Positions 1 to 13,400 of a stretch of 64,000 bases of DNA are shown here, one piece after another. The stretch is from Styela clava. Taxonomy: Eukaryota. The first letter of the stretch is position 1. Every line of letters begins with the position of its first letter. The stretch is from the NCBI RefSeq assembly GCF_964204865.1, contig NC_135253.1, positions 20,708,001 through 20,772,000 of the forward strand, given 5' to 3'. A program made the position numbers and the translations under genes. The notes beneath the pieces were generated by a model. That model saw nothing but the letters and a program-made list of their open reading frames with translations. It was not told the DNA's origin and searched no databases.

Positions 1-185
1 ATATCTCAAGCAGTTTGTTGAGATCGAGATTAAATTTTGTTTGAGCACGATGCTCATTGCTTTTCACTCCTGCTTTTGTAACACTGTAAATATAATTCTG
101 TTGAAAAAATGCCATTTTTCACGTCACACTTGCATGGCCCGCCAGTAGAGCTAGACAAAATTTTTGGCCTCTCGTCGAAAAACCA
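1..185. mobile_element. hAT MITE, GGCCCGCGGGCC family, truncated by window edge
   Basis: Homologous to 25760-25940. Confidence 0.65.
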
Positions 186-599
186 TGAGTTAATTTACAT
201 GTCGGCGATCAGAAGTTAGTTTCAGGTTTGAAGCATATTAAAAACACTATCAGAAATTATACTTTTATCTTTAAATAATTTGGTATTATTGTTTTTATTG
301 CTAATATTATTGACGCGATAAAATTTTAAATTATTCATGAGATATGTGCCTTTTCTTCGTTGGTTTTATACGATCACATCACGTAATTCGTGAGAGATCA
401 AGGAAGTGCATTCCCTCAGGAAGTCGTGCAATGCCAACGGCATTGCCAACGACACATCGTCTGGCAAAATAATGCTGGCGAGGAACAACATCGAGAATAT
501 TCAATAAAGCTAATTTTAGTGATTACACTGAATAAACATCAACAGCATAGTTGCTGAAATGTAGTTTGATGAATCGCGTTTAACTATAATTACTGTCTG

Positions 600-803
600 G
601 GTACTCCCGTAGTGTATGTACCAGGTTAAGGTTAGACCATAATGTTATACTGAATTTCTTTATTTTAGTTCTATTACGAGTTCGGGGACTGTCTGTGTTA
701 GCCAAGTGATTATACCCCCTGTTTATAGGTGTCAGTCCCTTTACACAATGACAACTTCATGTAAATTCGGCAAACAAAATGGTACACACACTTCTTGAGC
801 GCC
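600..803 (+). mobile_element. Merlin-like MITE type A (~210 bp)
   Basis: GGTACTCCCGTAGTG...GTACCA left end and TGGTACACACACTTC..GAGCGCC right end; ~14 copies in window. Confidence 0.8.
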
Positions 804-1357
804 GAATATTCTACACTGAACAAACATCATCAATATAATTGCTAAAATGTAATTTGATGAATCGTGTTTGACTATAATTATTAGTGTCTGTGTGTTGTAT
901 ATAGTCGTATGTGATAATATTCAATAGCTTGGTATTGCAATGATCTGTACTTGACTATATTTTATTGCTATTTGTCTAGAACTTTAATAAAATTGGAATA
1001 AATCCTGCAATCAACCATGAATGAAAACGTCATCATCATGGGCATAGCTGAGACACTATTTTTTAAACATTTTAATTTCATAAATTCCATTGAGACTGCG
1101 TTGTCTATTGTCGTGATATTTTAGCTAAGAATGACATAATTATCATTTTTCATGAACCCAATTCTAGAATAAGCATTTTTCAACTTGTTTACTTGTGACT
1201 TGGAGCAGAAATACGAGATATCGTGTAAAAATACATATGAACGATATACCGAATGAAAAACAACGTGGAAAGGAAGCTCCAACGCATTTTTGAACCATTA
1301 TTTACTTCATCATCAATATTTCAACAAAGTGTGTGAAAAGTATTATTGACTTTGTAC

Positions 1358-1468
1358 CTTAGTGCATTGGTGAATTGATATGACTCTCCACCACGTTTTG
1401 CCAATTCCTTGGTGAACGACACCAACTCTGGATGACAAATGCGTCCAAAGAATTCATTGTTGCGATAC
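1358..1468 (-). CDS. LDLa-GPCR exon 20 (ECL2 extension)
   Basis: WYRNNEFFGRICHPELVSFTKELAKRGGESYQFTNAL; TAG/GTACAA; phase 2-2. Confidence 0.8.
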
Positions 1469-4400
1469 CTAATATAGAAAAATATAAAGTATCAAACAAT
1501 TAAAGTTCGTAAAACATCAAAAAGTCATAAAGGTTTAAAAAAAATTGGCAAAGATCTGACAAAACTACTAACAAAATAATTTTGCCAGCACACAAAAACG
1601 TTCACAGGGAATGGATGAAAATAAGCATCTGTTTTAGGAGTCTCTCGAACAATTTCCGGGTGAACGAGTACTAACATGTCTGCATATTTATGACTGCTTC
1701 TTCAGGCATAAACAGAAAATACCAGTCATACCAGTCAAAGTTTAAAAATGATAACTCAGTATTTAAAAAATAATATCTTTAGTTTTCAATTTGTTGGTGG
1801 AGCGAGTTTTTCACAACCTCTGTGGAATAGATGAATTTTTTTGTACACAAAGAAGAATGTAGTAAACTATAAATATATGTAAAAGCAAACCCTATAATGG
1901 CAAAAGATAATGATCTTCAAAGTATAACAAGTTTAATATCAGTAAACCTAGTAGGTGTTTAATTATATTGAAATAAAATACATATGATAATGAAGACCAG
2001 GGGTGTGCAACTTTTAATACACGAAGGCCAGATACAAATAACTGGCTGAAACCGAGGGCATTTATTCAACATAGACTCTCTTGTAGTTGCATGCAAAAAA
2101 ATTTGTTGTTATTTTATGACAATGGTTTTAGCTTCGTCCAAGCATAGATGATAAACTGGACTTAGGTATAGGCTTGAAATTACTCGCACCAGATTAAACT
2201 AAATTAAAAACTCCTTTCGCGGGCCGCACAGTATTTCCTTGTGAGTCGCATTTGGTCCGAAGGCCGCAGGTTGCACACCCCTGATATTAAATCTCGGATT
2301 AAATATAAACGTGCGAAACCCCTGGACTGTAATAGCAAAACCCTATATATAAATGCGAATCCCAACTTACCAAACACATGAAACAAAGTAGTCAGACATT
2401 GAATCAGCAAAGGGAAGCAGAGCCAAGAGAAATGAGAAAAACCAAGCAACAACTATGGCAACTTGGAGAAAGATTGTGTTCTGAGTTTTGAAAGGCCTGT
2501 ATAAAAATTAAGTTACATTGTTAGATTTTGAAATAAACACGCAGAATTTTTGTTCATTTTGGCAAATTGATGCAGATGTTCTGATATTGGCGATTACTTT
2601 TGACTTGCATAAAACATGACGCAAAGTAAAGCAATATTCGGAAAAAAAAAATGATAAAATTGTCTCGTAATTTTCTTCAAGAGTCGAATGCAAGAATTTG
2701 TTGTAATCTCTGAATACAAAATTATGATTATTGCTGCAAGTGGAAAAAGGATGAAGGAATTTAATCAGATATTTTATTTTTTTATACAGTGCTCAATAGC
2801 GCTTTACGCGACGATCAAAGCCATGTACAAGCGGCCATCGATATCTCAGATATGAAAGAAGCCGCTGTTATTTGGAAGAGCTGGAATATTTTCAGTTCGG
2901 TATTGCCTACTTAGCTTATTACACCCTGGGTGAGGTTGGTATATTCAGAAATAATGACAAATGATTTGCTCAATGGGCGCTCCATAAGTATGTGTACCAA
3001 TATGGAGGTAACTGATTTTGTTCGCCTAACTCACATCAAGTTTGATAAAGGGACTGTAACATATGGGCAGGGCTCATGGGTATATTCACATGGCTACCAC
3101 AGACAGTCCCCGAACACTACTGGTACACACACTACAGGAGTACCACCCAATGTTCATTACTTTTAAATAAAATTCAAGTTATAATTTCCACATACTTTAC
3201 AACTAGGTACAATCTATAAGCCGTCATGATCATCAATATAAACACCGAAGTCTCCGTTCCAATGAGAGCAATCGTTCCTAGAGCAGAGCAAGTGCTACTA
3301 CTGCGCCATTCCTGATCAAACAAACAATATTCTCCTATTTTTGCATCTTGTATTCCAAGAGATACCAGATAAATCTAAAAACAAAAATGCAAAAAATTAC
3401 TGACGACCGTTGAATGATTGGAAATAATATTTTACTGCAAATGCAATAAAGTTCGCTTGTTTACATCATCACTTCAAATGGCGCTCCAGAATCATGTGTA
3501 CCAAAATAAAGATAACTAGTTTGGCTCGCCATCAAGTTGTGTAAAGGCATTGAATCCTATGGGCAGGGGATATTCACTTGACTAATACAGACAGTCCCAA
3601 ACTATTAGAATTAAAATAAAAAAATCGGAATAAAATTATGGCCCAACCCTAATCTGGTACACATTTTTCGGAAGTACCCTTTAAACATCTGAGTTATAAC
3701 TACAACACAACTGATGTCGGTTGATTAATGATTCGGCATACATTTCACTATTAATTGAACAAAGTTTGGTGATTTACTATCAAATTAATAATCTGAATTA
3801 TAACCAGATCACAATATCTTCATGTTTTTTGTAGCCTACAGTATTTGGCAGAGTTTTACAGTCTTATCGAAATATGAAAATGGAGTATAGAAATTTATCT
3901 GCTATCAGAATCGAAGCCGGAGTATTACTCCGGAGACAAGGTTAAGCTCTGTTGGTGCTTAGATCAAAACTACTTTTATCGGATGAGAACGCGTTGAATG
4001 TGCAGTCGTATCAAAGCCTGAAATTGAAGGTTTTTGATATTGGAGTCGACAAAATTGAGCTTTCGCAGTACTTAGTTAATAATAACGTCCATCAGTTTCA
4101 GGTGCGTTAAAATCATTTTTTTATAAATTCGGATGAAAATCGTGTATACGTTGCTTTACATGTGTTGACTTTTCTTGTGTTAAATTTGGAATTTCTAGTT
4201 ACAAGTCATTTGAAACTTCTTTTACAAATGTATTGCGAGTTTTAGTATATCTCCCACTCTCATAAGATTATTTCATCATATATAATTGTAGAAACCATTC
4301 ACAATAATGTTATTGTAAGTAAAAACCCTGATCTATTACCTGAAAGTATAACAAAGGTCCATTGTTTTAACAATATATATATATATATATAGCTAATACC

Positions 4401-7400
4401 CAACACTATTCTGTAAAAGATTTAGTCAATTCCTCCCAAGTAGCTTGTTCTATATACCGTTAACTGTGAATCTTGAATTTGAGGGAGAGCTGACTCTGAC
4501 GAACTTATGGTCGTATCGCTCCCGCCAGTCTATACCGAATTAAATTGTGTAATATATCTATATATATATTTGTACCATTGCTTGTTTTCTGGTTGACAAA
4601 ACAATAAATCTCCCTCTCTGTATCTATTGTCTCGAAATTTTCTCGCAATAATACGATAACTTACCCCGACAAGGATATCCGACAATGAAAGATTCAAGAC
4701 CAGAGTTCTGTTGATTTTTGCAACCGTGCTCTGGTTTCCATCGGGACGAATCAAGTTCTTCAATTGGTGGATAATGACCAGCAGATTTCCGATTACAGCA
4801 ACCAAACCTTAGACACGAAAATAAGTTTGAGAACTAAAATTTATTCATTAGACTGAATTAAGTAACCGTATCGGGCTAAGTAATAAAGAAACAATTGACA
4901 TCGCGGTGATGATTACTCTGCCTGGGTTTCCAGCCTCAGTTTCCGCGTATAGAAGAAATTAGGTTCACATGATTACTGGTTTTGTATTTGTTGGTAAGAT
5001 TTGAAAGAATTGGTAATTTACCTAACTACTAGAAATTTCTTAATGATGAAATAAATAAATTCAATTTGTTTGAAAATCAAAATATATGACAAACTTCGAT
5101 TAGATTCGACTAGATTTTCACAGGTGTATTCATTATTCAAAATTATCTAAAGAAAATTATTTTTAACACAACATTCATGCCTAATAAAGAGAGAGGTTAA
5201 TGTTATGTAAAAAATAATTTTCGAATTCGAATTTTAGAATTCATTAACCTATTAAACTTCTTACCAATAATCCACAAGAATACAATCAGGATTCTTGAAC
5301 TGATTAAACTTTTATCTGACGAGAAAGGACTCGGATTGCAATTCTGGCATTCGTCGGAACCTTCATCGCAGTCTTGAGTTCCGTCACAGACCTACAACAT
5401 TGAAAATTGTGGTAAATGTAGTTTATTTGTGGGAAACATAGAAGACCACGGAGGTTTCAAACAAGAGCGTCATTTGTGATGCTGAACTTTTCGTCTATAT
5501 CTTGTGAAGTTATTATTGTGTAAGACATGGCCTGTTAGGATAATCGCGTCGCACCTGCGATCCTATTGCGTTGTTAGTAATGTGATAAATTGCGAGAATA
5601 TGACCAAGCTGGCATATGACCGAGTTTCAGGCTCTTTTCAAGCCATAACTGGATACGCAGCGTGGTCGCTAGTAAAGCAGAAAATTTCATGGTCAGATGA
5701 GATCACGAATAAAAAGCGTATTGGTATATATTGAATTGGAACGATATTCCACAAGTTACCTTCAAATCGCTACACGCGCTTGGACTAGAATAAGACAATG
5801 TTCTGAATTGCACGAACGACATTTTGAGCATCTATGAGTGTAATAAAACATATGCTTTTAATGGAACTTTGTATAAGTTTTTACTTGCTAAAACAAAGAG
5901 AAGCTTGAAAAATTTTCTGTTTTCTCGCGACCACCCTGATTTTGTAGTTATTTATGTAGATCCTTAGTATTTTTCCTACTTTTGAATGAGAGCATCAAAA
6001 TGGGTCAATTTATGAACGAATTGTAAAACTAGATTTCTTTTATTTGTAATATCATGATCAACTTTTAATTAAATTAAAAAGTGAAATTTACCTCAGAACG
6101 TCTAACGAACAATGTCGAACCCTTATCTTTACAGTAAAAATGCGAGACATCACTGCAGTTCAATTCATCGCTTTGATCATCGCATTCCTTTAATCGAAAA
6201 TAAAAAAGAAATCGTAAAAAATAATTCTACTCATAATACCATAAAATAGGTATCAAAGTTACTGAATTCTTAAAAAAATATAGGTGTTTTAGGGATTTAT
6301 TTCAGGATTAATATAAGATTGATTTTTCCCATCTATGTGTTGAACATTTCCTCTGAATGAGACTGTATGTATACAGCCAATTATAATCCAATGTTCAGAA
6401 CTACCAGGTCGTCCTGGTCAATCTTATGTTATTCATTCTTGGGTTTTTATTTGCTTTTAAAGGGCATGTAAGGGCTTTATTATATCTTTAAAAGATTTTT
6501 GTTATCGTATTCCTTTAACCTGAATATTTTAGCATATATATCAGGAACAGTTAGTATGAAATTTTTTTATGTAACTGGCAATTTAAAATAGCTTTGTAAA
6601 ATTGTAAAATCTGTACCTGGATGCCATTGCATTGTCCACTCATAGGAATATGGATGGGTCGTCTGGTTGCGCCTTTGTTTGCACAGTAAAATCTGCAGAA
6701 GGTGAAATTTTTAAAACTGTGCCGGACCGAGTGGAGGTCAATGAAGGTGTTGAAAAATATTTTAAATAAAGTTTACTTGATAAAACTTTGTACCCTCAGA
6801 AATAGGCATTAATACAAAGCACAAAAGGTATATTTATTATCACAAAAAAGTTTTCATTTTCAGAGAAAGATTGAATTTAGTAATTGAACACAATTATGAC
6901 TCTTTTAAATCTCCTTTTCTCAACAATTCTCATAAACGCATTTTTTGTTTAAATATATGAATACTAAAGCATGAAAGGAAGGGAAATATTTTTAAATTGA
7001 GTAAGTCTTCATCGAACGCGCGCAGTCACTCAGAAGCAAAGAAGACTATAAGTAACTATACTAAAGCTGTGAAGAAATTATGGTGGATTAGTGAATACCA
7101 ATGATTATTTCAACGCGGATCTTTTTTCTCATTTTTGCAAATTTAAATTATCTGTTCTGTACTTCTATACAGAAACTAACCTGTTTGGACAAAACAATTC
7201 GTCTTCTGATACTTCAGGTGTTGTATCATTACATGATGGTTTTCCATCGCAAATCTCCCGTCCTACGATTAGGGATCCAGAGACTGGACATCTAGAAGGT
7301 ATACATTGAATATTATATTGAATTAATAGAGCAGAAATATGGTCATTATAAAATAAACAAGAAAACAAATTAGCAGTGGCTCAAAGAAGTATGGAACACA

Positions 7401-10400
7401 CAGTATGCCGCTCGCTGCTCGATAACCAGTTTTGGATTCCCGCGTCTTTTTTTCCCCAGTAATGTAAATATCATTATTTTCTTATATATATTATTTGCAT
7501 GTTTTTTGTACTTTACTGGTTGGAAAAAATAAACCTGACTTGAATTGACTATGAAAGGCCGGTAGGTAGGACAAATGTGGATGCAATCTGCCTGCAGTGG
7601 CATGAACAAGTAATGATGATGGGCAAAATAAGGGTTTTAATCGGACTGTATTGGTATAAACATGTCCCGATATTGGAATAGTATTTGTTTAATTGATTTC
7701 AAACGTTTAATTGATCTCAAACGAATATAGAGTGAATGAAGAGTATTGGAATAAGCAATCAAAACATCTTCAAAATTTATTTGTCAATTTTTATTAGCGG
7801 TTCATTTCTTAATGATTAAATACGGATGTAATACCGGAAGTAATTAAAAGGTCGAAATAGATCTCAAAGTCTCAAGTTTCAATTTCCATAGTCTGAAATT
7901 TTTTTGTTCAAATATCAATGTTCGGATGGTCTTACTTGGTTTGGCATATGTGTATAGACAGCAGGTGAATGGTGAACTGACGAAAAATCGAATATATGTC
8001 ATTGTACAAAGAAGATCTTTGCACACTACACAAATGATCGTTCTATAGCCTTTTTCGGACGGAATTTAAAAATCCATCAAATAAAAATGGTTTCTTGCAG
8101 AACATCAATGAAGTTTACGTTGCTTCAGAATCAGCTTGTTGCAAATATCTTTTAAAGTAATATTTTTCAATAATAAATAAAAAAAACACTCGATCATACC
8201 TAAATGCTTCGCCAAATCCGGATACAAATTTACAATATCCGGGCCTGTTACTTTCGCATTCTTTTGCATAGCATTCGTCATCCAACTCCCCACACATCGG
8301 TACTCCATCACATCGAGTTGTGTAAAATGGATAATCAGGTGGAAGTTCTGAAATATGAAAACAAGAATTCGTGCTGGACGATGGATTTGTGATTTAAGTA
8401 TCTTCGAACTGTGTAACTTACAACTGTGTAGATAAAAGTTTACCATTCATTTGAATAACAGGTCTTCCATTTTTTTTAGCTGAATATCCATTTATCATTT
8501 TTCGGACCTAAGTATTTATCTATCATCCTCAAAAATGCCAGAACATTTTTTGTTACCCTGTTATCCTACCCTGTTACCCTGTTGCATGAGATAAAAAAAA
8601 TGAATATATTTGTGGACGTCCACACCTAATTAATCAAACACGGTTCTTGACGAGCAGACAAATAAAAAAATTCTGTATTTTAGAGGGGAAAACAGGATAG
8701 CTTTGTTACGAGAGAAGACGAGATACATGCTGGGAAATTAGGAAATGCATTATCTGATATGAACTTTACACCAGAACATACTTCATTAGCAATAATTTTC
8801 AGTGAGTTTCTATAAGTTTTAGTCGGTTTCAGTAAATTTCCATTGGTTTCAGTAAGTTTCAACAAGCCTTAGTAATTTTCAGTGTTAAGCAAGTTCAGAA
8901 AAAATATACCGCAATTAGAAGGACAAGCACTTACCCCTGCCGGGTGGTATGCCAACCCACTGATGGCTTGTTTGTGTCACGTTGTCCCAATCTAAATGGA
9001 ATGAACAAGCAGAGTAGATAAATAGGTCAAAAAACAGAAATATATAAGTATGGTATATTTAATGGTTGAATTATTGGATTTGTGTTGCTCTAGTCGTGTA
9101 CTGTGCTCTTTGATTAAACACTAAGTTTGTTTATTTTCCAAAAGATTTGCCTCCATTCCTACAATTATTGTGCTATTTTGTTTATAACACCTTTACTTAC
9201 TCTTTTCGTTTCGAACATTGCAATGTATACGCAGCCACGGATATGTAACAATATGTAAAAAGGTGCAAATTTTCAAAGGACCAGAATTGGATCTCTAGTA
9301 CAAAGTCTCCGCCAACGTTCATTTTAAGAAAATTAGCGAGTATCCAGTTAGAGTTAGGAATGCAGAATGTTCAGCGAATTCAAATTTTTTTCAAGTCATT
9401 TCTAACCCCAACTCTAACCCCAAATGAATAATTACTAACTGTTATTTAAAAACGGGGCGGGAGTGTTTTTATCAAATCTCACAATTTTGCATTAGTGGCG
9501 GGATGCTTTGTACAAAAGATCCTCAAAATCTTTCAGATTTGTGACACTGCTTACTCAGTTTCTTACCCCTGGATTGGGTGGTAGACTTGTGATTCGAAAC
9601 TGCGCAAAAGCACCATCTATACACGTTACGACAAGACCATCTGTTTTTTTTAATATTCATGACATTGCCAGGTTAAATAAAATAAAACAATATACCTGAT
9701 ATAAACGGGAAATTTATTCTGTAATATCTGCAGAAATAATTAGTCAATTCCTTGCAATGCATTTCATCTGAAGCATCGGCGCAATTTGGTATTCCTGTGA
9801 AATAAAGATACGTTCAGTGGAATGCACATAAAAAAAATAATGATAACAAGTTTTCAGTAATCAGCAGTTTATTTTTCACCACATAAAAAATATGCACAAG
9901 CATACAAATTGCAATAAATTATAAATAGGTCATATTTTAGGGTGAAGGAAACGCGGAAAACCAGTACTGGTAATCGAGCACCGGCACCCATACAATAAGT
10001 CGAACCTAATTATATGTAAATTTGTAAATTGAGAAAATAAAATAAAAAATACCTCGAGAAGAGGAGACAGTGCGATGCATGGGACCGGTTAAAATACATG
10101 CCGTACGCGTTAGTGCGGCTCAGCAATTAAACCAGTACTGGAAAACACCCAGAATTCTCCACACGGAATTCTCTTAAAACTAATATTCTGCCATATTTTG
10201 CAAGCTTGTGAATAGTAAATACGTAGGCAAAAATTCGTGTAACTGCATGTCGTCGTAAATATGTAAGTAAGAAGTTTCTGTGTATGGCAAGATTCCAACT
10301 GGGTCAAAATTTACATCCAAGATATTCTTTCTTGGACGGGGTTCTGAAGATGGGGTTGGATTTAAAATATTAAATCCGCGACATCGAAATATTGAGTTAA

Positions 10401-13400
10401 TTGCTCTATCGACTGTTCTACTGAAAAATGGAAGCAAATTTGTAGCAACAGTTCACAATATACGAAATCGAACCGCATTATACCCACCATTGCAAAACAA
10501 CGATTTTTTAATCTTCGTCTTCTTGTCATAGCATTCAAAAAGTTGATCGTTATCGGCGCAATACATTTCGTCTATTCCGTTTGTACAGTCGATTCTAAAA
10601 GACAATTTTGTTGGTATTATAAGCTTATGGTCTTGTCCTATGTTAACCAATTAACCTAATTAACCTATTTAGCCAATTAACAGACTGTCTTGATTTGCGA
10701 TCTTCGATAGTGTATTGAAAAAAATATAGCTAAATTTTGAATGAAATATCAGTTCTCAAAGAATTCATAGAAAAAGTAGGATAAACTAAAAGTAATAGCG
10801 TTGTAGCAAAAAAATACAGTCTTTGAGCACTGAAAAGTTCAGAGCCCATTAGGGAACAATGAATGCGATTTTTTTATAGCAACACGGAAAAAAATACCAA
10901 CAGAAACAACAACATAATAATATATCCATATATCCATGGGACAAATTTGTGTCCGATAAAATATCGGTCCTTCAAATATTACTATATCCCTGCACATCAA
11001 TGACTGACTGTACAAAGCCTTGTTCGTAGCGAAACGCGTGAAAACGTAACATTCAATAAATCACTTACACACTGTCACAGATTGCTTCAGAAGACAGACA
11101 GACTTTATCACTGTTCGATGGAATAGAAGTTGTCGCCGTGCTTTGTTGCGAACATGTAATTTCACCTTTGCAATCGCAATCAGTACCTGCAATATTTGCC
11201 AAAAAAATAAATTGATTATTTTTTACATTTACAATAAATTTGGGCTCTCCCGAAGTATGTGCACCAAGATGTCCCACAACCTGAATCCTAAATTGGTACA
11301 CATACTATGTTCAGGATGTACGCAATCTTGGTGCACACACTTCTGGGGCTCCAAAATTTGTGCTTTCGAATCTGTTTGATAACGAAGTGAATAAGGATTC
11401 TCTGTCTGAATTGTACCATCGTGTTCGTGTCTGTGAAAGTCTTATCAAAACGTTGCAGGAGCTTTTGCTAGTTTGGTATTCCCATAGTGTGTGTGTGTAC
11501 CAAGTTAGGGTTTGGCCATAATTTTATTCCGATTTTCTTTATTTCAGTGCTGTTACGAGTTCGGGAACTGTCTCTATTACCTAAGTGAATATACGCACTG
11601 CCCATAGTAATTAGTCCCTTTACACAACTTGATGTGAAGTAGGCGAAGAAAATTATTTTCCTCCATATTGGTACACACGCTTCTGGAGCGCCAAATTTTT
11701 CACGTGAAGTAGGTATCTTATTTTTGCTGCAGCATCTTAGTTAAACCGTAATAGCATTACCAGTATTCTGACTATTAATATTTTCGACCCTACAAATCAG
11801 ATATTAGAATGTTGCTGCTTGATAACCATCTTTGGTTTTCCCTTCCCCGGTGAGTTGGCTGTTCAATTATATTCTATTAAATTTGGTATGCTATATATTA
11901 CCGAACGGATATAATGAAATTGAATATAATAATAATATTCGTTTCTTACCGTCACATACTGATCCACAGATATCCAACATAGTGTAATTCTTTTTATCTG
12001 TGCATAGACATTCATCAGATAGATCCTGGCAATGCACGATTCCGTCACAAACTTGTGTTATAGGGATAATGAGAGATCGATCGAGACATCGGAAACATTT
12101 TTCGTTCGAGTATGCTGAAAAATTGGAAAGGGGTTCAATTTTGAGTCGGCTGAAGCTAGCAAACTGAGCCCGAATGCCTAAAACTTTAAAAGTGTATTTT
12201 AAGGACCGGAGAAAACAAGATTTTTTAAATGTCAGCGTCTTTCAATTGATTACAACGGTAATTAGATCAATTTATGGACATAAAGAACAAATGACTAAAG
12301 TCAGCAAAATTTCAGTCAAATGTTATAAAAATTATACTGAATATCATATTAATGCGTGCTCATGAAATATATTGAAACGATCAAAATTTAGGGAGAAAGT
12401 TAAAATAAGAAAGGCGTTTTGTTTCAAGTTTACGGAGCTTAAAATAACGTTCTTAACCTTTGAACCCATAAATTATTAGTGGTAACACTCAGATACGCGC
12501 TTCTTAAACGAGAGGAAGCAATATATCAAATATAATCAAATATCATATTGAGTAATGCGTAATTAAACTCACAAACACGGAAGTCGAATGCCTGATATGG
12601 CTTTCGCCATGTCGGTAAAATTACAGCTGAATGTTAAAAAAGTGTAATATAAAAGTATGCAAAAAATCAGAATTTGGGCTAAAATTTTCGTGGGTGTATG
12701 ACCCAGAAAACATTCGAAAAATTACTGAAAGTACTAGCTTTTTAACAACTTCTGCCAGATTCAAGTATTCGTATTGTAATTGGTATCGATTGGTCGCAGA
12801 GTTTTAAAAACGGGATTCCAACGAGAACAACAAAAATTTGCACAACAAGAACTCCCAAAAAAAAAATGCAATCACAGATCTATTCCGAATCAAATAAATT
12901 AATTAATTAGCAAAATTATACAAAGAATTAAGTCAAGGCTGTGCACCATACCACGATTAAAACAGTATGCAGAGGGTAATCAAATCACCGACATAATATT
13001 CTGAAGTCATTTCGAGTCGACACAGTATTATACGAATTCAAATTGACAAGAGCACACAACAACAGCTACAATTCGGCAAAATGATTCATTCAAATTTCAA
13101 TTGGACTTCGAGTCCAATAAATTAATTGGAAACCCGATTTTAAAACCCGTTCAAAACCGACAGAGCACACAACAACAACAAAGGAAATATAGCAAAATGA
13201 TACAAAAATCCACTTCGTGTCCAAGACCTTAATTAGAAACGGTATGAATGGTCGAAACAAAGCTAATTAATGCCTTTAATAATACTATTGGGGGCAAAGT
13301 GAATGGGATCAAATCGACAACTTTGGGTAAATAGCATGTTTCAGGGGGGTTCCGCCACACCATAGGGTTCGCAGGTACAGTGCGTAAGTCCGACAAATTC

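Noticed and set aside
9201-9294. Possible extra GPCR exon with GTAAGT donor
   Set aside because: 94 nt; inclusion would shift the frame between two phase-1 junctions.
10053-10437. 85-aa minus-strand ORF with CAGTAG acceptor inside GPCR intron 9
   Set aside because: No LDLa pattern, ends in a stop, and exon 9 (FCN-G) joins exon 10 (IPNCADASDE) exactly to complete a module.
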